A stretch of 32,000 nt of DNA from an uncultured Desulfobacterales bacterium (GTDB taxonomy: Bacteria > Desulfobacterota > DSM-4660 > Desulfatiglandales > HGW-15), in assembly GCA_964647905.1 (NCBI GenBank), contig CAZYJR010000030.1, positions 5,042 through 37,041 on the forward strand, read 5' to 3'. Position 1 is the first letter of the stretch, and every line of letters begins with the position of its first letter. Made by a program: the position numbers and the translations under genes. This document shows, in pieces, positions 9,180 through 17,607 of this stretch. Under the pieces are notes generated by a model. That model saw only the letters and a program-made list of their open reading frames with translations. It made no database searches and was not told the DNA's origin.

Positions 9180-9830
9180 TCATCCATTGCGCCGCACCAC
9201 CTCCAGTATGTTGAATCCTCGCTCCTTGAGCGTCTCGTTCACCCGTTCCAGGCCTTCCTTGTCCAGGCGCAAAAGCAGCCGCCGCTTCCCGGTCTCGGGG
9301 TCCTTAAGGGTGAAGAGGCAATGAAGCCTCCCGCCTGCGGCGAATGCCGCCTCCACTATCTCCCGCACCATCTCCCCGTCGGGCCGATCGAGCTCCACTG
9401 TCAGCCCGGAGTAGCTCTCCGCCACACCCAGTATCTGGTAGAGGGAGTTGAATATGTCGAGATCCGAGACCGTCCCGACCAGCTTTTCCCCGTCCATGAC
9501 CGGGAAGAAGCTCCTGCCGAACTGCTTGCCCTGCTCCAGTGCGGCCTCCACGGTATCGTCCATGGAGAGGCAGACCGGCTTCCTGACCATCAGGTCCTTC
9601 ACCTTGACCCGCTCGTTGAAGAACTTCATCTCGTGGGGACTTTGCGTGGCCGTGACCGACGATGCCGCCTCGTTCAAGTCCTTGCGGGAGAGGATACCCC
9701 TGAGCCTGCCCTCGTCAACCACCGGGATGAACCTCTCCCTGATCTCGCCCAGGATCCGCAGGGCCTCGCTGGCCGGGGTGTCGCTGGTAATGGTGGCCGG
9801 GGACTTCTTCATCCAGTTCTTTATGAGCAT
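9180..9830 (-). CDS. Two-CBS-domain protein, phenylphosphate synthase gamma-like; true start probably MLIKNWMKKSP at 9830 (ORF open to 10100)
   Basis: 216 aa from MLIKNWMKKSPATITSDTPASEALRIL...VKDLMVRKPVCLSMDDTVEAAL...FFPVMDGEKLVGTVSDLDIF. The upstream extension is low-complexity Arg-rich and overlaps the next gene. Confidence 0.85.
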   Translation of the reverse strand: MLIKNWMKKSPATITSDTPASEALRILGEIRERFIPVVDEGRLRGILSRKDLNEAASSVTATQSPHEMKFFNERVKVKDLMVRKPVCLSMDDTVEAALEQGKQFGRSFFPVMDGEKLVGTVSDLDIFNSLYQILGVAESYSGLTVELDRPDGEMVREIVEAAFAAGGRLHCLFTLKDPETGKRRLLLRLDKEGLERVNETLKERGFNILEVVRRNG

Positions 9831-9895
9831 GGCGTTCTCCGTGAAATGAGGATTATGCCAGAAAACATTTCTCCGGGTAAAGCACTTCGGGGCTG

Positions 9896-11134
9896 TTATC
9901 CGGTGTCTTCCGCGGCCTTTGCTCCGAAGAGCTCCATGGCCGCGCTGATCACGGCCTCTCCGAAGGCCGGATCCTCCATGTTGGCGTCCACTTCCGAGAC
10001 CTTGATCTCCGGCCTCAGTAGGGCGCGAAGCTCGTTTACAAAGATCCGGTCCTCTGCGGGGTCGTGGGTGGGGTTGCCGGGCGCGTCCACGGACGACCAT
10101 CCCCTCGTGGGGATCACCACCCTCACCGGGCCCTTCGCCCTATTGAGCTTGTCCGCGAATACGGCGGCCACCTCTGAGAGCTCCTCGGGCGAGTGGCGGA
10201 TCCAGGTGCGGTAACGGTCCAGGTCGTACTTTCGCCGCTCCTTGTACTCCGGCTTGTACCTGGACTTGGCCGGCGTCATGTGATTCACGCTGCAGACGGA
10301 CACCACCTGGGGGATGCCCAGGCTCCCTGCGGTCTCCAGCCTGTTGGGGCCCGCGTCCCTCATGAATCCGTAGTGGTGCTCTCCCACACCTCCAGGGGCG
10401 AGATCCACCACCCCGTGGAAGAGGCCCTGGGCTATCATGTCCTCCATGGCCCTGTCCCCGATCCCTGCAGCGGAAAACCCTATCACTTGGAATCCTTGTG
10501 CTTCCAGGCCTTGCCGAACCGAGCTCGCGCATTTCTCGCACGGCCCCAACATGGTGAGCGCTATGCTTCGACCGGATTCGGAGCCGGGAGGGGCCGCCCG
10601 GCCTCTTATCATGCCCGCCGCCGCTCCCGCGCCCCGGTCGAGGACGTTTTTCAGCAGATCGGTCACCCCGGAGATCTCTATTACCGAGTGGAACAGGGCT
10701 ATGTCCCCGGTCCCTATGTACCGCGTGGAGAGGCCGGGGAGGGCGGCGGTCGATGAGATCATGAGCTTGGGGACCCCGAAGGGAAGGGCTCGCATCACCT
10801 CGGTGGCCATCAGGGTGCCCGTGGAGCCGCCCAGGCCCACCGCGCCGTGGATCCCGCCCTCGGCTTGGAGCCGCTTGGCAATGGCAGAGGCCCCTTGGAT
10901 GGTGATGTTGGTGATCCGCGAGCGCTCCCTGGAGGAGTGGATCTCCTCCAGGGAGCTCCCGCCGGCCGATGCCACCTCGGCCGGTCCCACGTCGGCCGAG
11001 GGATGCCCGTCCCCCCGCATGGAGAGGTCCATCAAGAGAGTCCCCAGGCCCAACGCCTCCAACCTCTCCCTGAGATACATGGTCTCCGGGCCCTTGGTGT
11101 CCATGGTGGAAAGGATCAGGACCGTATGCTCCAT
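9896..11134 (-). CDS. Tm-1-like ATP-binding domain protein (UPF0261 family), copy 1
   Basis: MEHTVLILSTMDTKGPETMYLRERLEALGLGTLLMDLSMRG; GAVGLGGSTGTLMATEVMRALPFGVPKLMISSTAAL; VIPTRGWSSVDAPG. Confidence 0.88.
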   Translation of the reverse strand: MEHTVLILSTMDTKGPETMYLRERLEALGLGTLLMDLSMRGDGHPSADVGPAEVASAGGSSLEEIHSSRERSRITNITIQGASAIAKRLQAEGGIHGAVGLGGSTGTLMATEVMRALPFGVPKLMISSTAALPGLSTRYIGTGDIALFHSVIEISGVTDLLKNVLDRGAGAAAGMIRGRAAPPGSESGRSIALTMLGPCEKCASSVRQGLEAQGFQVIGFSAAGIGDRAMEDMIAQGLFHGVVDLAPGGVGEHHYGFMRDAGPNRLETAGSLGIPQVVSVCSVNHMTPAKSRYKPEYKERRKYDLDRYRTWIRHSPEELSEVAAVFADKLNRAKGPVRVVIPTRGWSSVDAPGNPTHDPAEDRIFVNELRALLRPEIKVSEVDANMEDPAFGEAVISAAMELFGAKAAEDTG

Positions 11135-11163
11135 TAGTCGGTGCTCCCTTCGGCTTTGCTCCC

Positions 11164-12819
11164 TCAGGATTGCTCGGCCTCTATCTTGGCCGCCATTTCC
11201 TTCTTGAGCGTCTCCTTGTTCACCTTGCCCGAGTCGCCCACGGCCGGGAACTCGTCCATTATCTCCAGGCGCTCCGGGAGCTTGAACTTGGCGAGCTTCT
11301 TGGCCTTGAGGAACTCCACCATCTCATCGAAGGTGAAGGTCTCCCCGGCCCTGGGGATCACACAGGCGCAGCACCGTTCGCCCATCTCCCTGTCCGGGTA
11401 GCCCACTATGGCCACTGACGAGACCTTGGGGTGCTCGTTCAGGAGCCCCTCTATCTCCGCGGGGTATATGTTCTGACCGCCCCGAATGATCATGTCCTTG
11501 GCCCGGCCCAGGATCCAGAGGCAGCCCTGGTCGAACTTGACGATATCCTCGGTGGTGGTCCAACCGTCGCTGTCGAACACCGTCGCGGTAAGCTCCTCGT
11601 CGCGGTAATAGCCGGCCGGTGCATGGGGCCCCCTGAAGTAGAGAATCCCCGGCTCCCCGTCAGGGACCGTATCGCCCTTTTCGTCGACCAGCCTCACCTT
11701 GTTCCCAGGGAGCATGCGGCCCACGGTTCTGCGGCGCAGCTCCTTGCTGTCCTCCACCCGGCATCCCGAGACCGAGCCCTTGTCCTGTGTGCCCAGGTCG
11801 CTGGTGATCACCGCCTGGAAGGCCTCCTCTGCCTCTTCGGCCACCTGGGGGGAGAGATAGCCGCCCGCCGAGCGGATGAAGCGGAGCGAGCTCAGGTCGT
11901 ACCTGGAGGGATCCGCTTCCAGCATCCTTATCAAGTGGGTCGGCACCACTCCGATGGCGGTCGCCCGCTCCTTTTCGATCAGGGAAAGCGCCCCTTCAGG
12001 GGTGAATTCCTCGAGCATCACGGTCTTGGCCCCGGCAAGGGGGGCGGCGAAGTAGGTAAGGGTGCCGGCGGCTCCGCCCGCATGGGGTGCGATCGCCATG
12101 GTGATGTCGTCCTTGTTCAGGCCCCAGATGTCCACCCTGGCCTTGGACGTGCAGACCCTGGGCGCGGTCGGCCATTCCACCAGCTTGGGAAGGCCCGTGG
12201 TGCCGCTGGTGGTGGTGAGCAGGGCGACGTTCCAGATGGCATCCAGCCTGCGCTCCGCCAGCACGGCCTCGTCCACCGGCTCGGCTGCGCGCTCATGGGC
12301 CATGGTGGTCAGGGAGTGGGTCCCCTCGGGCGCTCCTTGCGGCACCTTGTCATCGAAGAGAAAGATCCTTTCCAGATGGGAGAAGCGCTCCTGGAGCTCG
12401 CGGTACATCTCCAGGTAGTCGAACTTGCGGTATACATGTGGGATGACTACGGCTGAGGCCTCCGTCCTTTCCACCATGTACTCGAGCTCCCGCTCGCGCA
12501 GGTAGGGATAGACCGTGAGGGAGATCAGCCCGGCCCTCTCGGCCGCCACACGGGCCAGGAACCCGAAGACGCTGTTCGGCGACTGGATGATGATTCGGCT
12601 GAACTTGGGAAGGCCCATCTCCACCCAGGAGGCGGCAATGGCGTCCACCAGGCGTTTGGCCTCGGCCCAGGTGACCCTGTAGCGGGAGTCCACCAGGGCC
12701 TCGCGGTCGCCCATCTCCCGGGCGTTCCGGTCATAGAAGTCGTAGAAGAGCTCCTGGGTCCAGTGTCCGTCCCGGACGAACTCATCGACCATCTCCTGGG
12801 TATAGCGAATCGGTCTCAC
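11164..12819 (-). CDS. AMP-dependent aryl/acyl-CoA ligase (2,3-dihydroxybenzoate-AMP ligase/benzoate-CoA ligase type)
   Basis: 551 aa; LLTTTSGTTGLPKLVEW, DGWTTTEDIVKFDQGCLWILGRAKDMIIRGGQNIYPAEIEGLL, GKVNKETLKK. Confidence 0.92.
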   Translation of the reverse strand: MRPIRYTQEMVDEFVRDGHWTQELFYDFYDRNAREMGDREALVDSRYRVTWAEAKRLVDAIAASWVEMGLPKFSRIIIQSPNSVFGFLARVAAERAGLISLTVYPYLRERELEYMVERTEASAVVIPHVYRKFDYLEMYRELQERFSHLERIFLFDDKVPQGAPEGTHSLTTMAHERAAEPVDEAVLAERRLDAIWNVALLTTTSGTTGLPKLVEWPTAPRVCTSKARVDIWGLNKDDITMAIAPHAGGAAGTLTYFAAPLAGAKTVMLEEFTPEGALSLIEKERATAIGVVPTHLIRMLEADPSRYDLSSLRFIRSAGGYLSPQVAEEAEEAFQAVITSDLGTQDKGSVSGCRVEDSKELRRRTVGRMLPGNKVRLVDEKGDTVPDGEPGILYFRGPHAPAGYYRDEELTATVFDSDGWTTTEDIVKFDQGCLWILGRAKDMIIRGGQNIYPAEIEGLLNEHPKVSSVAIVGYPDREMGERCCACVIPRAGETFTFDEMVEFLKAKKLAKFKLPERLEIMDEFPAVGDSGKVNKETLKKEMAAKIEAEQS

Positions 12820-12842
12820 ATCGAACCTCCGTGCTTGAAAAG

Positions 12843-12871
12843 CCGCCGCCCGGCGGCAAACCGGGCGGCGG
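12843..12871 (-). terminator. Terminator-like hairpin between the ubiD-like and ligase genes (possible attenuator/processing element)
   Basis: CCGCCGCCCGG-CGGCAAA-CCGGGCGGCGG: perfect 11-bp arms, 7-nt loop; on the minus strand followed by CTTTTC. Confidence 0.5.
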
Positions 12872-12880
12872 TCTAAAGGT

Positions 12881-14281
12881 TTAGAGCCCCAGCTCGGACC
12901 ACCTGGACTCCACTTTCTTCACCATGTCCGGGTCCAGCTCGATGGGAATGGGCTTCTTCTTCCACTCGTATGGAATGGTGGCGTCCATCAGCATGCGGCC
13001 GGTAATCTCCCGCGCGTCAATGGGCAGGGAAGGGTCGAGAGGGGTGGAGCGCCCGCGCTTTATCACCTGGCTGCGGTTCGGCTGGAACCGGAAGCTCAGG
13101 GCGTACATCACCCGGGGGATGTCCCACGGGTCTATGTCGTCGTCGACCGCAATCACGGTTTTAAGTCCGTAGGCGCCCATCTCCGTGGAGACGGCCGCGG
13201 TGAGCACCTGGTCCGTATGGCCCGGGTACATCTGCTTGAGCGAGATGATTGCCAGGAACCGGCCGGATCCCTCGGGCGGGCAGTAGACCGCCTGTATGCC
13301 CGGGATCTTCATGTCTTCCAGTTGCTGCCACAGGGTGGCCCCGTAGGTGAGGGCCATGGTCATGTGGGTGTCGGTAACCGCCCTTCCCACGGTGGTTCCC
13401 CAGAAGATGGGGTTGTTCCTGTAGGTGACGCATTTTACATCTATAAAGTTCCTGGGGTCGGTGCCCACGCCCGAGTAGTAGCCGGTGTACTCGCCGAACG
13501 GGCCCTCCTCCATGAACTTGTCCGCGTCCACCTCGCCCTCGACCACGATCTCGGCCGTGGCCGGGACCGGAAGATCGTTGGTCTCCGCCTTTACCACCTC
13601 GATGGGCCCCCCGCGAATGGTGCCTGCAAAGTCATACTCCGACTCGAACGCGGAGAGTCTGGAGGCCCCCATGAGAAAGAGCAGGGGATCGCAGCCCACC
13701 ACCGCGCAGACCGGCATGGGTTTGCCCATGGCCTGGTATTTCTTGAGCATGATATCCGCGTGCTTGCCCTTGATGAACTGGGTCCCCAGCTTGTCCTTTC
13801 CCAGGAGCTGGAGCCGGTAGGTCCCGAGATTGACCCAGCCGGTCTCCGGGTCCTTGCTCAGGACGAAGTGGGCCGTACCGAAGTACCTCCCCCCGTCCAT
13901 CGGGTAGAACTTGGGCACCGGAAACTTGTTGAGGTCCACCTGGTCGCCCATCATGATGTTTTCCTTGCAGGGCCCGGTGTCCACCATCTTGGGAGGGATC
14001 ATGGTCTCCCGCTTTTCCACCCACATCCTCATCAGGTCCACCAGGCTGGAGTCCTCGGGCATGCCCATGATCAGGGCCAGCCTGGCCGTGGAGGTGCAGA
14101 CACTGGTTATCACCGGCGAGTCGTAGCCTTTGACATTCTCGAAGAGCAGGGCCGGTCCCTGCCTCTCCTCGTTGATCTTTGCAATGTGGGAGAGCTCCAG
14201 GTCCCAGTCCACCTCCGCCTTGATGCGGTGGAGCATGCCCCTCTTTTCCGCCTCGTCAATGAAATCCCTCATGCTCTTCAT
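12881..14281 (-). CDS. ubiD: UbiD-family (de)carboxylase, candidate phenylphosphate carboxylase-type subunit
   Basis: 466 aa; MRDFIDEAEKRGMLHRI, GPALLFENVKGYDSPVI, EGPFGEYTGYYSG, NPIFWGTTVGR, STPLDPSL. Confidence 0.92.
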   Translation of the reverse strand: MKSMRDFIDEAEKRGMLHRIKAEVDWDLELSHIAKINEERQGPALLFENVKGYDSPVITSVCTSTARLALIMGMPEDSSLVDLMRMWVEKRETMIPPKMVDTGPCKENIMMGDQVDLNKFPVPKFYPMDGGRYFGTAHFVLSKDPETGWVNLGTYRLQLLGKDKLGTQFIKGKHADIMLKKYQAMGKPMPVCAVVGCDPLLFLMGASRLSAFESEYDFAGTIRGGPIEVVKAETNDLPVPATAEIVVEGEVDADKFMEEGPFGEYTGYYSGVGTDPRNFIDVKCVTYRNNPIFWGTTVGRAVTDTHMTMALTYGATLWQQLEDMKIPGIQAVYCPPEGSGRFLAIISLKQMYPGHTDQVLTAAVSTEMGAYGLKTVIAVDDDIDPWDIPRVMYALSFRFQPNRSQVIKRGRSTPLDPSLPIDAREITGRMLMDATIPYEWKKKPIPIELDPDMVKKVESRWSELGL

Positions 14282-14329
14282 AAACCCTTCTCCCTCCCTT
14301 TTTGAATTCTGTTTAACAATGGTTGCCCC

Positions 14330-15412
14330 TTATTTGATCTTCTTGCCGCTGACCAGCCCTGCCACAATGTGCTCAAGGGCGGATTTCTTTGGTTTGGATA
14401 CGGGCTCCCTCTGCCTGTGGCCCCAGACCGTCTCGGGCCGGCTCTGGAGGATCAAGACCCTGCCTGCAGCCGGCATGTCCTTGTCTATGGCCCACTCGAT
14501 GTCCATGGGTTTTCCGTAGTGCTTCTCTATGAGCTTGCCCACCCGGGCGAGCTCCACCACGTCCTCGTCGATCATGCACTGGTTGTTTCGCCTCTCCTGT
14601 GGGATCTCGTGCCTCTCCACCTCGTTGGTCTCCGGGTTGGCCGTGTACAGGCACTCCTTGGGTGAGATCTTGCGCTTTATTATCTCCAGGGTGACCTTGC
14701 TGACCACGAAGTGGTCCGGGGTGCACTCGCCGCTCACCACGCTCTCGCCGAACCCCCAGTTGGCGTCTATCACTATGGTGGAGGGGTCCCCGGTGGCGGG
14801 ATTGATGGTGAACATCACCCCCGCGGTCCAGGAGTTGGCCATCTTCTGGATGCCCACCGAGATGCCCACCGCATCGTGGGGGAAACCCATTCGCGCCCGG
14901 TAGGCGATGGCCCGGGGAGTGAACAGGCTGGACCAGCATTTGCGAACGTGCTCCAGGACGTTGTCCACCCCCCTGACCCACAGGAAGGTCTCCTGCTGGC
15001 CGGCGAAGCTCGCATCCGGCAGGTCCTCGGCCGTGGCGCTGGATCTCACCGCCACGGGTACGGCGGGGACGTGGCACTGCTCGGAGAGCCTCCTGTAGAA
15101 CTCCCCTATGTAGTCCTCTATCTCTATACTGACCGGCGCCCCCTCTATGAGCTCCCTCACCTCCCTGCTCGCCTTCTCTCCCGTATTTGTGTCCTCCGCC
15201 CTGACTCCTCCCAGGATCCTGTTGATCTCCTCGCGGATGCCGGTTTCCTTCAGGAACCTGTAGTAGGTCTCGGTGGTGACGGCGAACCCCGGGGGGACGG
15301 GGATGCCGGCCTTGAGGAGCTCTCCCAGGCTGGCGTTCTTCCCTCCCACCCGCGGGACGTCGTTCATGTCGCATTCCTGGAACCAGAGCACGTAATTCAT
15401 GCGCTCTTTCAT
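14330..15412 (-). CDS. PEP-synthase N-terminal-type ATP-binding protein; phenylphosphate synthase beta-like
   Basis: 360 aa stand-alone ATP-grasp half: VGGKNASLGELLKAGIPVPPGFAVTTETYYRFL, VAVRSSATAEDLPDASFAGQQETFLWV, DIEWAIDKD...VLILQSRPETVWG; no phospho-His domain. Confidence 0.92.
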   Translation of the reverse strand: MKERMNYVLWFQECDMNDVPRVGGKNASLGELLKAGIPVPPGFAVTTETYYRFLKETGIREEINRILGGVRAEDTNTGEKASREVRELIEGAPVSIEIEDYIGEFYRRLSEQCHVPAVPVAVRSSATAEDLPDASFAGQQETFLWVRGVDNVLEHVRKCWSSLFTPRAIAYRARMGFPHDAVGISVGIQKMANSWTAGVMFTINPATGDPSTIVIDANWGFGESVVSGECTPDHFVVSKVTLEIIKRKISPKECLYTANPETNEVERHEIPQERRNNQCMIDEDVVELARVGKLIEKHYGKPMDIEWAIDKDMPAAGRVLILQSRPETVWGHRQREPVSKPKKSALEHIVAGLVSGKKIK

Positions 15413-15418
15413 TGGATA

Positions 15419-17257
15419 CTACCTCTCGATCTGTACATGGCCGGTGTTGCCGTCCACCTTGATATGCATGCCCGTCTTGATGATCGAGGTGGCGTGGCCC
15501 GTCCCCACCACCGCGGGCATACCGTACTCGCGGCACACAATGGCCGCATGGCACATGATGCCGCCCACATCGGTGACAGCGGCCCTGATCTTCTGGAAGG
15601 CGGGCGCCCATGACGGCGACGTGGTGGGCGCCACCAGGATCTCGCCGTCCTTTAGCTGATCCACTTCCTTTACGGACCTGCACACCCTGGCCACGCCTTC
15701 CACCGAGCCCGGGGAGCCCGCAAAGCCGGTGAGCTCGGTGACCTTGTCCGGGTCTCCGATCTCCCGGACCTTGGCCCAGGCGGACATGCTCTCGTTGGTG
15801 ACCCCCCAGAGGACTATGGTGAAAGGCTCGGTTATGGTTTCCGGAGGGGTCCCTACGGCTGGCGGCGGTGACCATTGCCTGAACTTCTCGTAGACGCCCT
15901 TGCGCCACTCGATCTCCTTGGGCCAGTAAGAGGGCCCCCTTGGCTTGCTCCCGGTCGCCCAGGCGGTCACAACGTCCCACAAGGCGTCCTTGATTTCCGA
16001 GCGCTTGAAGAACCAGACGTCCTCTATGTCCTTGATGAACTCAAAGTCCTTGAGGATCGCTGCCACCTCCCTGACCTTGTTCCAGAAAATGGAGTGGAAC
16101 CAGTGCTCCACGTAAAAGAGGTGGTTCTCCACGTAGGGGAAGACCAGCTCGGAGGTCCCCTGGAGCTGGTCGAATGTCTGCTTGTCCTCCTCGGTCGAGA
16201 GCAGCTCCCTGTACTCCTTCCGTATCCTCTCCCGCTCCTCCTTGATCCTTTCCACCGGCCGATCTATGGACTGGCCCTGCTGTATTTTTTCCACGTAGAC
16301 CCGAATGGAGTTCATGGGGACGTTGAGTTCGTCCAGCCAGCAGGCGTCATGGTGGTACCACCCCGTCCCTGTGGAGACATAGAACCACGGGTTCTTCGCC
16401 TTTTCCCACGCCTGCACCCAGGTCCTGCCGTTATCCGACTTTTCCAGGTCCGCCAGGGTGTCCCGGACGTCGCGGCTCTCCAGGATCTTTCCCGCCAGGT
16501 CCAGGTCCACGGCGAGGCGGGCGAGCTTCTTCAGCTCCTCGTCCGGCTGGTAGATGATCACATCGATTCCGCCCACCATCTGGGTGATGCGCTGGAGCGG
16601 GATATCCGGGAAGGCCTTGGTGCAGAAGTCGACAAAGGTGACATAAGACGCATAGCCCAGGTTCAGGAACTCGAAGTGGTACTGCCAGCAGAGGATACCC
16701 ATGTCCAGGAGCTTGTCGTAGGCCCGGAGGAGCTCGTAGCCCTTGGACTTGCCCAGTCCTTCGGTAACCACGGACATGTCCTCCATCTCGGGCAGGCGGG
16801 GGATCTCCAGGGCTTCGAGCTCCTTGATCAGCTCCTTCATCTTTTCTTCCCACTTGTCGTGGAGCTCGTCCCAGTGCTCGTAATAGTAACCCGCACGCTC
16901 CATGAAAAGCGGCACCCGCTCTTCCACCTGCTTGGGATCGGAGACAGGGACTGGGGTGATGTAGACGTTTCCGTTGATGATGCGGTGATCCACGCCCAGG
17001 GCCGGCGGGACCATGAAGATCCTGGTATTGAACTGGCTCAGCGCCAGGAACCAGGCCTCGTCCCAGATGATGTCGAACGGATACATGGGCTCCGGGTAAT
17101 GGAGGCCGTCATTGAACCAGAACATGTTGTTCTCGTACTCTTCGCGCTCCTTGTCCTCTGTGGTGAACTGGTAGTGGTAGGGGTACATCCTCTCCCACCC
17201 CTCGGTCCCCGGGATGGTCTCCACCTCGTGAGGGTTGGGAAACTTGGGCTCGGCCAT
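15419..17257 (-). CDS. PEP-utilizing mobile-domain protein; phenylphosphate synthase alpha-like (copy 1)
   Basis: Start MAEPKFPNPHEVETIPGTEGWERMYPYHYQF at 17257 behind GGAGG. C-terminal phospho-His motif GGIMCHAAIVCREYGMPAVVGTG, His570 codon at 15548..15550; 612 aa. Confidence 0.9.
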   Translation of the reverse strand: MAEPKFPNPHEVETIPGTEGWERMYPYHYQFTTEDKEREEYENNMFWFNDGLHYPEPMYPFDIIWDEAWFLALSQFNTRIFMVPPALGVDHRIINGNVYITPVPVSDPKQVEERVPLFMERAGYYYEHWDELHDKWEEKMKELIKELEALEIPRLPEMEDMSVVTEGLGKSKGYELLRAYDKLLDMGILCWQYHFEFLNLGYASYVTFVDFCTKAFPDIPLQRITQMVGGIDVIIYQPDEELKKLARLAVDLDLAGKILESRDVRDTLADLEKSDNGRTWVQAWEKAKNPWFYVSTGTGWYHHDACWLDELNVPMNSIRVYVEKIQQGQSIDRPVERIKEERERIRKEYRELLSTEEDKQTFDQLQGTSELVFPYVENHLFYVEHWFHSIFWNKVREVAAILKDFEFIKDIEDVWFFKRSEIKDALWDVVTAWATGSKPRGPSYWPKEIEWRKGVYEKFRQWSPPPAVGTPPETITEPFTIVLWGVTNESMSAWAKVREIGDPDKVTELTGFAGSPGSVEGVARVCRSVKEVDQLKDGEILVAPTTSPSWAPAFQKIRAAVTDVGGIMCHAAIVCREYGMPAVVGTGHATSIIKTGMHIKVDGNTGHVQIER

Positions 17258-17306
17258 GCTACACCTCCCTTGATTGTGGTTACCCGTGATTATGGGACGC
17301 CTTTGT

Positions 17307-17329
17307 TGCTCGAAAGACCTTCTCGAGCA
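17307..17329. promoter_or_regulatory. Inverted repeat (7-bp perfect arms, 9-nt spacer) 50 bp upstream of the alpha-like start codon
   Basis: TGCTCGA-AAGACCTTC-TCGAGCA. Confidence 0.35.
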
Positions 17330-17516
17330 CAGGGCGTCACCTGCATACACCCACTCGGGGCGCCGGGCCCCGAGGCGGAACTCTCGGTCAAGGGTTGCGG
17401 CTTGGCCTCTCAAGCATTGCTTTCCAAGGGTGTTCTCTGCTCAGGTACGTTCAGGAGCGCGGGAGAGCTTGCGAGGCTTTGGCTCTTTTCTTGAAGCTTT
17501 CTTAAAGAATTGTCAA

Positions 17517-17540
17517 ATGGATAAATTTTATGTTATCCAT
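17517..17540. promoter_or_regulatory. Inverted repeat (8-bp perfect arms, 8-nt spacer) upstream of the LysR gene; candidate autoregulatory/LTTR site
   Basis: ATGGATAA-ATTTTATG-TTATCCAT in the divergent intergenic region, 67 bp before the LysR ATG. Confidence 0.5.
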
Positions 17541-17607
17541 AAACGCAGGTTATGGCTGACTCCTGAGGATAAGATCTCTTTCCGGGCATCTGCCCGCCCG
17601 CAAGGCC

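Noticed and set aside
8703-10214. 503-aa plus-strand ORF spanning UbiX, CBS and Tm-1-like genes
   Set aside because: Antisense shadow of well-supported minus-strand genes; translation is low-complexity His/Gly/Leu-rich with no domain signature.
11431-12456. 341-aa plus-strand ORF opposite the CoA ligase
   Set aside because: Mirror ORF of the ligase, no motif.
14373-15980. 535-aa minus-strand ORF overlapping the beta-like gene and the end of alpha copy 1
   Set aside because: Arg/Gly-rich out-of-frame translation over two genes with clear domain motifs.
14330-17257. Canonical PEP synthase or pyruvate phosphate dikinase split in two
   Set aside because: The C-terminal PEP/pyruvate-binding TIM-barrel is not seen, the alpha subunit has a distinct long N-terminal region, and the UbiD/UbiX/CBS context fits phenylphosphate synthase.
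15875-17494. 539-aa plus-strand ORF opposite alpha-like copy 1
   Set aside because: Antisense shadow in high-GC coding sequence; V/L/H/G-rich composition, no recognised motif.
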